A stretch of 37,366 nt of DNA from an uncultured Staphylococcaceae bacterium (GCA_964552695.1 CAZKHP010000002.1:1-37366); one strand, 5' to 3'. Positions 7,823 to 15,056 are shown, numbered from the stretch's first letter. The notes: a model not told the origin generated them from the letters alone. Made by a program: numbers and translations.

Positions 7823-9229
7823 CTATTTTTTCGTGGTTATAGCGGCTTTTTTAATCTTCAAACGAGTAGCTTTGAGACGGGCTTGTTCTTCCGCAATACG
7901 TTTGGCAGCAGCAGCCTTGGCGGCTTTGCGTTCGGCCTCCAATAATTTCTTTTTCTTTTGTTCTTCTTGAAGCAAACGTTTCTTTTCCAAGAGAGCTTCT
8001 TTGGCAAGGCGTGCTTTCTCTTTCTCTCGTTCTTTTTTCTCCAAAGCTCTTTGAATGGCCCGTTCCTTTTTCTCCAAAGCAAGGGCGATTTGACGCTCTT
8101 TTTCTTTTTCCTTGCGAATTCTCGCCTTTTCTTTTTCAATCTCACGCTTTTTCTGACGTTGAAGTTGCGCTTCGGTCATTTTGCGTAAAGCGACCGGCTT
8201 GTTTCCCATACGATCCATGAAACGATCGTCGGCGATATCGCGGTCCAAAATGGGTTTGACGAAACGGGGCGAAATTTGATACTTCGAAGCCTTCTTGTCA
8301 TCCAATTTGGCTTTTTCAGTTTTCAAGGTCAGATAGTTGCTCAGAATGAGCGTATAGATTTGGGTGAGGTATTCGTTATTGAAATCCATTTTTCTTTCTT
8401 TAACGGAATAGGTCACGCCTAAGGCGTCGTAACGACCGATGAAAAGCCAAAGCTGATACGCGGCACGATAGTCTGGGTTGCTGCGGATCATGTTGGTTTG
8501 AGAAATTTTACCAGAAACTGGAGGCGCTTTTTTTAAAGCTCTCATAAAAGGAGAGTTCACTAAGTATGTGACGCGTTGTCTTAATGTTTTTAAACGGGCA
8601 AGCAAGTCATCGTTAGCCGCCCTTTGTCCTTCATCGTCGCTGGGAACGACGAGTTTCATCTTGGTTTCAATCTCATATTTTGCTCCGCCGATGGGAACGA
8701 TGGCCTTGAGGGTCATCATGTCGCTGTCGGTGGTGTCGCCGTGTTCGTCAATGTAGCGATAACGCATTTCCACGAACAATGCCAACTTACGAATCAAGGT
8801 CATTACGAAACGGTTTTCGTAAATGGCCAATTCTTCTTCGACGAAGGTACCTAAAATCTTGTCAGGAATGACATCACCTTTGGCGTTGATTTCTTTAACA
8901 AGTTCACTATGCTGGGAAAGGTGTTGAATGGCTTTTGAACCGGTTTTTTTGGCCAATTCGACAGGAACGACGCTGTATTCTTCGCGAATGAATTGGCGTG
9001 GGTTTTTAACAATCCGTTCCAACGGGTGCAGAGAGTGTTCGACTTCGGAAATGAATTCGGCATCGAATCGTTTGCTTTCTTTCCGCATGATGCCACCGAT
9101 TTGGGTCTTGGGGGCAGCCTTTATTTCCTTCAACATGTGCGTAAAAGACTTATCACTCGACACAATCTTGTTGAGTCGTTTGTGATACTTCTTTTTCAGT
9201 TTGTCGACGGTCAATGCTTTGGTTGCCAT
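7823..9229 (-). CDS. Hypothetical soluble protein, partner of the McrB-like NTPase; ~330-aa globular region plus ~130-aa Lys/Glu/Ala/Arg-rich predicted coiled-coil tail
   Basis: 468-aa ORF sitting 11 nt downstream of the AAA+ gene and 12 nt upstream of sipW. No TM segment and no signal peptide. No PD-(D/E)xK motif recognisable by eye. The tail is QRQKKREIEKEKARIRKEKEKERQIALALEKKERAIQRALEKKEREKEKARLAKE... Confidence 0.7.
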   Translation of the reverse strand: MATKALTVDKLKKKYHKRLNKIVSSDKSFTHMLKEIKAAPKTQIGGIMRKESKRFDAEFISEVEHSLHPLERIVKNPRQFIREEYSVVPVELAKKTGSKAIQHLSQHSELVKEINAKGDVIPDKILGTFVEEELAIYENRFVMTLIRKLALFVEMRYRYIDEHGDTTDSDMMTLKAIVPIGGAKYEIETKMKLVVPSDDEGQRAANDDLLARLKTLRQRVTYLVNSPFMRALKKAPPVSGKISQTNMIRSNPDYRAAYQLWLFIGRYDALGVTYSVKERKMDFNNEYLTQIYTLILSNYLTLKTEKAKLDDKKASKYQISPRFVKPILDRDIADDRFMDRMGNKPVALRKMTEAQLQRQKKREIEKEKARIRKEKEKERQIALALEKKERAIQRALEKKEREKEKARLAKEALLEKKRLLQEEQKKKKLLEAERKAAKAAAAKRIAEEQARLKATRLKIKKAAITTKK

Positions 9230-9240
9230 AAAGTTCCTGA

Positions 9241-10761
9241 TTAACTCATCTTAATGTATTTTTCGAGCACGGTGCGCGATTGTTTAAAAGCGCCCTTACC
9301 GAAGAGTTTATCCAATTCGTTGAGCAATTGGTTCATTTCGTCGTGCAAGAAGGCTAAGTTTAACGTCACGAATTTTTTCAAAATCTTGCTTGAGAAAATG
9401 TAATCCATGGCTTCAATGTCGGTTCCTCCGCAGGCGACGTAGGTCGGAACGAAGATTTTCATTTGTTTGATGATACGGTTACCAAACGCGATATTGAATT
9501 TTCCAACGATGAATGCGTCGAGTTTTGCGAACTTATTCAGCAAATCCTCGGACATCGGATAATTCGTTCTGGCTTCTTGGAAAAGCTTATCGAGGTATTG
9601 GAAAGGAAGAGGCATGGATTCGGTGAATGGGCAGTCGAAGGCAACGCCTTTTCCGGAGAATTCAAGCGACATGGCACGGTCGTAGACTTTATCGGTAATG
9701 GTGAACGTGGAGTCATCGTTGTTGGCGGTACCGATGAACCAAAGGTTTTGCGGAATCAGAAGTTTGCCTTCGTTCAAGTGCTTCGGGTCTCCCGCTTCGG
9801 GTTTGTTAGAAATTTCGATTTTCCATTCGGCCACGTTCGGCATTTCCATGATGGACAAGAATTCGGCAAAGTAATATTCGATACGCGCTAAGTTCATTTC
9901 ATCGAGAATGATGAGGTTGTTGTCTTCGCGGTACGTAGCTTCATAAACAGCCTTCAAAAAGTCGGTTTCGTTGAATTTTTTAGAGAATTCGTTGTAATAA
10001 CCGATCAGTTCGCTGCGGTCACGCCACGACGGTTGAACCGAACAAATCTTCGTATCGTTTTGGAAGAATTTGCCTAAAGCGTAAGGTAAAGAAGTTTTAC
10101 CAGTACCGGAGATACCTTCGAGAATCAACAATTTCGAAGTTCCCATGCCGGCGAAGAAGGTACGAAGTGTTTTTTGATCGTAATACAGCTTCATTTGCGA
10201 AGCCGCAAAGTTGCGGAATTTGTTGACTAATTGATCCAGAGAAATATTGGCATCTGCTTCCAAAATCTCGACATGCGTGTTGTAGGTCGTGTATTTGAAA
10301 TCGACGGCTGAAAGTTTGGGAAAGCGGGAATTGGTGAAGTTCGCTTCGGATTCAGGTTTAGGTTGCCCTGGCGGAATTCCTAACGAACCTACTTTCAAGT
10401 TGAGAATTTCGTTTTTCTCCATGACGGCAGTGTAGAGTTGATCATTTAATTCTTGAACTTGTTTGACCAATTTTTGCCGATCCAGACGGCCGTTGTTATA
10501 GGCGATGAACCGTTTGATGACAAAGTAAGCCAAATAGATTAGGCCGCCCAAAAGTGCTAACCAAAGCAAATTGAAAAGGACAAAGAAAAACCAGCCCCAG
10601 AATCCAAATCCATTGATATAGGCATTCAAAATATCGCTGTAATTTCGGAAATTACCGGGAACGGAGCTCCAGGGAATGCCGAAGGTTTCCTTAAAAAACA
10701 GACCGAGATCTTTAAAGAATGCCTCAAATAATTCGCGAATGTAACTGAAGAAATCTTGCAT
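9241..10761 (-). CDS. Membrane-anchored McrB-family (AAA_5-type) AAA+ NTPase
   Basis: Hydrophobic segment GFGFWGWFFFVLFNLLWLALLGGLIYLAYFVI near the N-terminus, then a coiled-coil-like stretch. Walker A LILEGISGTGKTS, Walker B LIILDEMNLARIEYYFAEFLSIME, and a McrB-like signature WFIGTANNDDSTFTITDKVYDRA (compare IIGTMNTADRS...RRF in McrB). Confidence 0.78.
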   Translation of the reverse strand: MQDFFSYIRELFEAFFKDLGLFFKETFGIPWSSVPGNFRNYSDILNAYINGFGFWGWFFFVLFNLLWLALLGGLIYLAYFVIKRFIAYNNGRLDRQKLVKQVQELNDQLYTAVMEKNEILNLKVGSLGIPPGQPKPESEANFTNSRFPKLSAVDFKYTTYNTHVEILEADANISLDQLVNKFRNFAASQMKLYYDQKTLRTFFAGMGTSKLLILEGISGTGKTSLPYALGKFFQNDTKICSVQPSWRDRSELIGYYNEFSKKFNETDFLKAVYEATYREDNNLIILDEMNLARIEYYFAEFLSIMEMPNVAEWKIEISNKPEAGDPKHLNEGKLLIPQNLWFIGTANNDDSTFTITDKVYDRAMSLEFSGKGVAFDCPFTESMPLPFQYLDKLFQEARTNYPMSEDLLNKFAKLDAFIVGKFNIAFGNRIIKQMKIFVPTYVACGGTDIEAMDYIFSSKILKKFVTLNLAFLHDEMNQLLNELDKLFGKGAFKQSRTVLEKYIKMS

Positions 10762-10771
10762 TCATTTGCCC

Positions 10772-11872
10772 TCACTTTTTCAGGGCTATGGGCTCGTTGG
10801 GTGCCCGATAGCGACCGGTTAATCGAAGCGATAATAAGAAGCTGGCGCGTTCTACGAAATCGTTATTGTCGCGGTCCCACCCTTCGGAATAGACCGTAAC
10901 CACCATGCGTACCGGGGTGTTTTCGGGAAGATACGCAAGCGCGCTTCCGAGAAGTTCTTTGTCCGATAGTTCGGTTGTGGTTTTACTTGTTTCGCGTCCT
11001 AAGACAAGGCCGTTTTCGATGGAAGAATCCAAGTCGATGGGAAGAACGCTACCGTAGGTGGAAGCATTGAAGGTGGTCAAGGGTTCCGTGGCGGTTGCAC
11101 GACCGTTTTCGGAATATACGATTTTGCTTGGATCATCCATTTCCCCGAAGAGAATCTCACGATAAGCATCGATTTCACCGTTGAAATCATAGAAGCCATC
11201 TCGGGCAAGGATGTCGAGGCGCCCGGCAAAGAGTGTAGTCGATGCCGTGTCGGTGTTGGGTTCCCAGATATTAAACCCAAAGGGGGAAAGGAAGCTCACA
11301 CGCATGCTTTTGTGAACATTATTTAAAGCCTCTTCGTTTCCGGCAGGACTTTCAGCGTTCTTTGCACTGTCCGGAAGAAGGGTGGCACTATCATCGAGAT
11401 AGAGATACATATCCATGTTCGACTTGAAATAAAATTCAAATTGGAAGAATCCGGAGTTCGCGATGTTGGAATCCGTGGTGTTGTTATACGTGGTAAATCC
11501 TTCGCGGAGTACTGGCCGTAAGGTGGGGTCGGATAAATCGGTGGATTCATTCAACCAACGGCTTTGGAACATCGAAGAAACAGGGCTTAAGGTGCTCTCG
11601 GGGTTAAAATAGCCGTAATCTACGAGATTTTCTTCACTCAATTCATCAAAGAATTGAATATCTCCGGCATTTCCGAGTTCGGGGTGATTTTCAGGGACGA
11701 TCAGACCGATTTTTAAATCATCCGCTCCGCCATAAGTTACTTTGAACGTATCGAGGGTGACCGCATTGGCAGACGCAAACCAAGCAAAAGTTCCCGTGAT
11801 TAACCCGCTTAAAGCGAGTAAACCGACGACGGAATTGATGATGAGGTTTCTTTTGTTGCGAAGTGCGTTCAT
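10772..11872 (-). CDS. Secreted SipW-signal paralog P7 (366 aa), TasA/camelysin-like fibre-subunit candidate
   Basis: N-terminus MNALRNKRNLIINSVVGLLALSGLITGTFAWFASANAV. C-terminal block VTVYSEGWDRDN, a variant of the W-x-E-G-x-D motif. RBS AAAGGA. Confidence 0.7.
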   Translation of the reverse strand: MNALRNKRNLIINSVVGLLALSGLITGTFAWFASANAVTLDTFKVTYGGADDLKIGLIVPENHPELGNAGDIQFFDELSEENLVDYGYFNPESTLSPVSSMFQSRWLNESTDLSDPTLRPVLREGFTTYNNTTDSNIANSGFFQFEFYFKSNMDMYLYLDDSATLLPDSAKNAESPAGNEEALNNVHKSMRVSFLSPFGFNIWEPNTDTASTTLFAGRLDILARDGFYDFNGEIDAYREILFGEMDDPSKIVYSENGRATATEPLTTFNASTYGSVLPIDLDSSIENGLVLGRETSKTTTELSDKELLGSALAYLPENTPVRMVVTVYSEGWDRDNNDFVERASFLLSLRLTGRYRAPNEPIALKK

Positions 11873-11888
11873 CGGGAGGTCCTTTCTC

Positions 11889-12977
11889 TTATTTTTGGGA
11901 AACGAACTTTAAGTCGGCACCGAACGTGGCGGCGATGACCTGAGTGGTACATGCATGGTCCCAACCCTCGAGCCAAATGGTCATATTGATTTCCGCTACG
12001 CCCAGATCGTTGGTTGTGGCCAACGGAGTTCCAAGCGGGCTGTACTTTGATATGGGATTGTAGGTAGCGGTTTTGGGAATGGCATTGACCAGTGGAGAAG
12101 CCCACATAAAGCTTTGAGCTTCATAGAAATATTGGTTTTCTTTGTTCGGTTCAACATAGATTCCGCTGGGTGTGCCCCAATTGTCTTCGGTTAATTCGTT
12201 TTCGAATTCTCCATAGGCGATTTCGTAGTACTTTCCGGCAGCGTTCCAACTGGTGGTGTGATCGTAGATGCCGTTGCCATCGAAATCCATGCGTCCTCCG
12301 ACGTCGATGGACCCGGCTTCTTTGGCGGCCGGAGCAATGATGTCGGTGATTTCATCGGTTTGAATGCCCATGCGCAGAGCTTGGGTGACGTTTTTGGATC
12401 CGATGAAGCGCATGCCATAATCGAAATAGATGTGATAGCCAGCAACTCCTTGAGTATCGTCGTTGGGATTGTCTTGGCTGACACGTGCCATCCGGAACAG
12501 AAGCGAGAAGCCAACATAATTGGAGCGGTTGGCGACCGTATCGATGGGGCGTAACCGTCCCCCGTTAACCGGGGATGAAACGGAGTGCTCGTAAAGCGTG
12601 ATGTCGTCACCTTCCTGATAACTCCCGCTGGTCAAAGGAAGTACTGTATGATTCGCAGAGTATCCCTCGCGCGCGTATAAAAAATCGAACGTTTCGGGCT
12701 CAATCTCCGTATCCGTCCAATAAACATACCCTTCACCGGGTATGTTGTGCGTATCGGGCGTGAAATTATACCGATGCCGTTCTTCTTCGGTCAAAATATG
12801 GCTGACTCGGAAACCCATTTGGAGCGTATCGCCTTCGCCGCGTAAAGTGCCGCTGACGGTTGCGCCCGTGAGGTCTATGACCTCAAACCATGCAAAAGTC
12901 CCCGCGGTTACAGCCAGGGCGGAGATGATGAAAGAAGTCGCCATCAAGGCTATTTTGCTTTTATTTTGCATGATCAA
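11889..12977 (-). CDS. Secreted SipW-signal paralog P6 (362 aa), fibre-subunit candidate
   Basis: N-terminus ...KSKIALMATSFIISALAVTAGTFAWFEVIDL. C-terminal block MTIWLEGWDHAC. The track start is TTG 12977; an ATG lies two codons downstream at 12971. Confidence 0.7.
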   Translation of the reverse strand: MIMQNKSKIALMATSFIISALAVTAGTFAWFEVIDLTGATVSGTLRGEGDTLQMGFRVSHILTEEERHRYNFTPDTHNIPGEGYVYWTDTEIEPETFDFLYAREGYSANHTVLPLTSGSYQEGDDITLYEHSVSSPVNGGRLRPIDTVANRSNYVGFSLLFRMARVSQDNPNDDTQGVAGYHIYFDYGMRFIGSKNVTQALRMGIQTDEITDIIAPAAKEAGSIDVGGRMDFDGNGIYDHTTSWNAAGKYYEIAYGEFENELTEDNWGTPSGIYVEPNKENQYFYEAQSFMWASPLVNAIPKTATYNPISKYSPLGTPLATTNDLGVAEINMTIWLEGWDHACTTQVIAATFGADLKFVSQK

Positions 12978-12998
12978 TAAAATCCTTTGAAAAAGAAA

Positions 12999-13853
12999 TT
13001 AGGCTTCGCTGGTTTCGTCGAGAAGGGCAGAGATGACCATGCCGAAGAGCATGCTGGCTCCGACAGGAGGCAGGTAGGTGCAGTCGGGATCATCGCCTTC
13101 AAGCCAAATCACGATGGTGTAGCGGATAACGACATCCGGATCAAGATGCAGGTAATTGTAGTTCACGATATTGCTGGCAGATTCAAACACTTCCGCCCGG
13201 ACACTGTTCTCAGGCTTTGAGGCGCTGCAGGTATAGGGAGGAACGCTTAAACCATTTCCGACACACTCGCCATTGATGCGCGTGTTATTGTCATCGTAAA
13301 TTGCATAGTTCGTGGTTTTTGCAAAGGTGCGGTAATTGTGTGTGACTTCTTCACCCACGACATTTTCATAAAGACGCACACGGATGTATTCTTCGATAGG
13401 AACGGCACCCTCAATGATGTTTTCTCCCTGACTTAACGACAAGGTTGCCGAGAAGTCGACCGGAGCATTGCCTTGGTTCTTTAAAAAGAAGGTGTAGGCA
13501 AAATAGGTGGAATACATGAGGATGCCATCCTCATCATAAACATCTCCGTTATGCGATCCCAGACCATTGACATCGTCCAGGACTTCGTGCGCGGGTAAAT
13601 AATCAACTGATTCCGCACGGGCAGCGTCGAGGTTTGAGGCCCGAAGCAAACTCGTTTTTTTGGTAAAGTTCGCGTCCGTCGATATGGTGAGTGACGCGCG
13701 GTTCTGTTCAAGCTCAACGGTGTACCGACCGATATTGGTCCCCAGGTAGGAGATTATGACGAAAGTAGCAATGGTTAATGCGCTTGCGGCGGAAACGATT
13801 GCTGCGATTTTTCGTCTTTTCCTTGTTTGGGCGTACTCAGTTGGGTAGATCAT
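12999..13853 (-). CDS. Paralog P5 (284 aa) with a divergent N-terminus, probably uncleaved; membrane-anchor or base-subunit candidate
   Basis: First gene after riboswitch 1. The N-terminus is MIYPTEYAQTRKRRKIAAIVSAASALTIATFVIISYLG, with a basic stretch and a TM helix; ATFVII replaces GTFAWF. It retains the family C-terminal block IVIWLEGDDPDC and a camelysin-like FFLKNQGNAPVDF strand. Confidence 0.65.
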   Translation of the reverse strand: MIYPTEYAQTRKRRKIAAIVSAASALTIATFVIISYLGTNIGRYTVELEQNRASLTISTDANFTKKTSLLRASNLDAARAESVDYLPAHEVLDDVNGLGSHNGDVYDEDGILMYSTYFAYTFFLKNQGNAPVDFSATLSLSQGENIIEGAVPIEEYIRVRLYENVVGEEVTHNYRTFAKTTNYAIYDDNNTRINGECVGNGLSVPPYTCSASKPENSVRAEVFESASNIVNYNYLHLDPDVVIRYTIVIWLEGDDPDCTYLPPVGASMLFGMVISALLDETSEA

Positions 13854-14018
13854 GTGTCTTTACCTTTCGTTTTTCAACCACGAAAAGGAAGTTGTTGAAA
13901 ATGAAACTTTTGACAATGTGTGAATGCCCATTCGCCTGGCCGCCCCATTAAAGCGGCTCGGCGGGGAACCTTCACTAATTTCCCGAACGCAGTAGGCGTT
14001 TCGAGAAACCCCCTATTG

Positions 14019-14101
14019 AAATAAAAATAGATGCTAACCAATCATTGCCCGGAACTGGGAAGTACTACTCTCATTCCATTTTTGGCAACTGGCTACCATC
14101 T
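14019..14101 (-). terminator. Expression-platform terminator of riboswitch 1
   Basis: On the minus strand, AGAUGGUAGCCA-GUUGCC (the 3' part of the aptamer) can pair with GGCAAU-(GAU)-UGGUUAGCAUCU. That gives about 18 bp with one G-G mismatch and one 3-nt bulge. The 34-nt apical region has its own GGAAG/CUUCC hairpin. The stem is followed directly by AUUUUUAUUUC. Confidence 0.6.
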
Positions 14102-14162
14102 CTCGTTTGAGTTAGGCCCTATAGCTTTGCGTCGCTAAGTTTCCTTAGTTTTGCTATTGTCA
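14084..14162 (-). promoter_or_regulatory. c-di-GMP-I (GEMM-I) riboswitch aptamer, copy 1
   Basis: The minus-strand RNA is UGACAAUAGCAAAACUAAG-GAAA-CUUAGCGACGCAAAGCUAUAGGGCCUAACUCAAACGAGAGAUGGUAGCCAGUUGCC. It carries the GEMM-I hallmarks: GCAAA(A)C, a hairpin capped by a GAAA tetraloop, ACGCAAAGC, a CCUAAC...GAUGG segment resembling the 11-nt tetraloop receptor, and GGUAGC. By eye it aligns with the Vc2 aptamer. Confidence 0.82.
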
Positions 14163-14168
14163 ACATCC

Positions 14169-14196
14169 ATTATAGAGGTTTTTGCGTTTCTGTCAA
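14169..14196 (-). promoter_or_regulatory. Consensus sigma-A-type promoter driving riboswitch 1 and the ~9.5-kb operon
   Basis: Minus strand: TTGACA (14196..14191) - 16 nt - TATAAT (14174..14169). The aptamer starts within about 10 nt downstream. Confidence 0.75.
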
Positions 14197-14496
14197 CATT
14201 CTCGCCTTTTACACATCGTCTTTTTTGCTAGAAAAAATTTAAGAAAAGCCCTCGATTCAATCAATTTTATTAATATAACTATCACCATTTTTTGAATTTT
14301 TGAAGAAATTTTCATACTCCAAAAAAATTTTTCGAAAAATGTTTTTGGCAAAGGAAGATTCTCACAGGTTAATTGAATATGGTACCGCCGACGATGAAAG
14401 TTTTTTCATAAGCATGGGTGGCTTTCACGGAAGCGTCATGCGAGCTCTTTGGAACGCGCGCGAAGGATTGCTTTTTATTCCGATCAATTATAGGCA

Positions 14497-14538
14497 ATAA
14501 AAAAGCCTGTTCCAGCCTCATTAAAGGTCCAAACAGGC
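14497..14538 (-). terminator. Intrinsic terminator after the small membrane-protein gene
   Basis: Minus strand: GCCUGUU...AACAGGC stem followed by UUUUUUAUU. Confidence 0.65.
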
Positions 14539-14583
14539 ATTTTGTCGTATGGGTATATAAATAGTCTTATCGGAAGCGATAAA

Positions 14584-14970
14584 CTACTTTTTGGCTTCTT
14601 TAGCCTTAGCTTCTTCCATTTCCTTGAGAATCTCTTCGCGGGCTTGTCTTTTGGCTTCAGCAATAAGTTCTTCGTTCGAAAGCGTCGACTTTTTTGCTTT
14701 GTTTTCGTTGTAGAGCGTTTTGATCAGCAAATAGATGTTGAGGAAGAAAAGCGTAATCAACGGAAGGACGATCAGGATGAACATCCAAGCCGGGTTAGCT
14801 TGCAGCCAGGAGATGAACTTCATGAAGGCGCCAGCTTCGGCAGGGATGATGTTGGTGGCGAACATGGCGAACAAGGAGACTGTAAGCAAGAAAACGATGA
14901 CCACAATTTCAGCGACCACTAAAATGGTCGATAGCGACTTATTTTTTCCGGACAGTAATCCTTTACTCAT
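14584..14970 (-). CDS. Small two-TM membrane protein with a Lys/Glu-rich C-terminal tail
   Basis: 128-aa ORF with RBS AGGAGAATTAAAATG. Two hydrophobic helices, then the tail NEELIAEAKRQAREEILKEMEEAKAKEAKK. That tail resembles those of the SipW-like peptidase and the 468-aa protein. Confidence 0.7.
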   Translation of the reverse strand: MSKGLLSGKNKSLSTILVVAEIVVIVFLLTVSLFAMFATNIIPAEAGAFMKFISWLQANPAWMFILIVLPLITLFFLNIYLLIKTLYNENKAKKSTLSNEELIAEAKRQAREEILKEMEEAKAKEAKK

Positions 14971-15012
14971 TTTAATTCTCCTATATGAAAATATATCGCA
15001 TACAATATAACT

Positions 15013-15056
15013 AAAAAAAACTAGGGTGTCAACTGGATAAGCCAGTGAAACCCTAG
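15013..15056 (-). terminator. Strong intrinsic terminator after paralog P4
   Basis: Minus strand: CUAGGGUUUCACUGG-CUUAU-CCAGUUGACACCCUAG followed by eight U. Confidence 0.8.

Noticed and set aside
7858-8220. A cluster of ORFs on both strands (7858-8145, 7958-8188, 8011-8220) with repetitive AAG/GAA-rich DNA.
   Set aside because: They are a by-product of the Lys/Glu-coding low-complexity tract at the 3' end of gene 7823-9229. The repeats are imperfect codon-level repeats, not a CRISPR array or tandem satellite.
7823-10761. A McrBC-type restriction/defence module inserted into the operon.
   Set aside because: The NTPase carries a membrane anchor. The partner shows no recognisable PD-(D/E)xK nuclease and ends in a long K/E coiled coil. 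Both genes are packed 10-12 nt from their neighbours inside one transcription unit. A degenerate defence origin cannot be excluded, so this is kept as an alternative in the findings.
13874-13948. A 24-codon upstream ORF (MGRPGEWAFTHCQKFHFQQLPFRG) in the leader of gene 12999-13853.
   Set aside because: It has no Shine-Dalgarno, and its ATG is buried in the predicted GC-rich hairpin. RNA structure is a more likely explanation than a leader peptide.
14084-14162. This ~80-nt segment is highly similar to 20454-20532 and first looked like a dispersed repeat or miniature mobile element.
   Set aside because: Both copies sit at the same distance behind consensus promoters and ahead of operons. Both contain the GEMM-I conserved blocks. 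Their differences are compensatory within a hairpin. They are therefore reinterpreted as two riboswitch aptamers, not as mobile DNA.
14300-14500. A 66-codon plus-strand ORF starting with TTG.
   Set aside because: It has no Shine-Dalgarno, a non-ATG start and no recognisable motif. It is left unannotated, and the region is reported as an unexplained gap.
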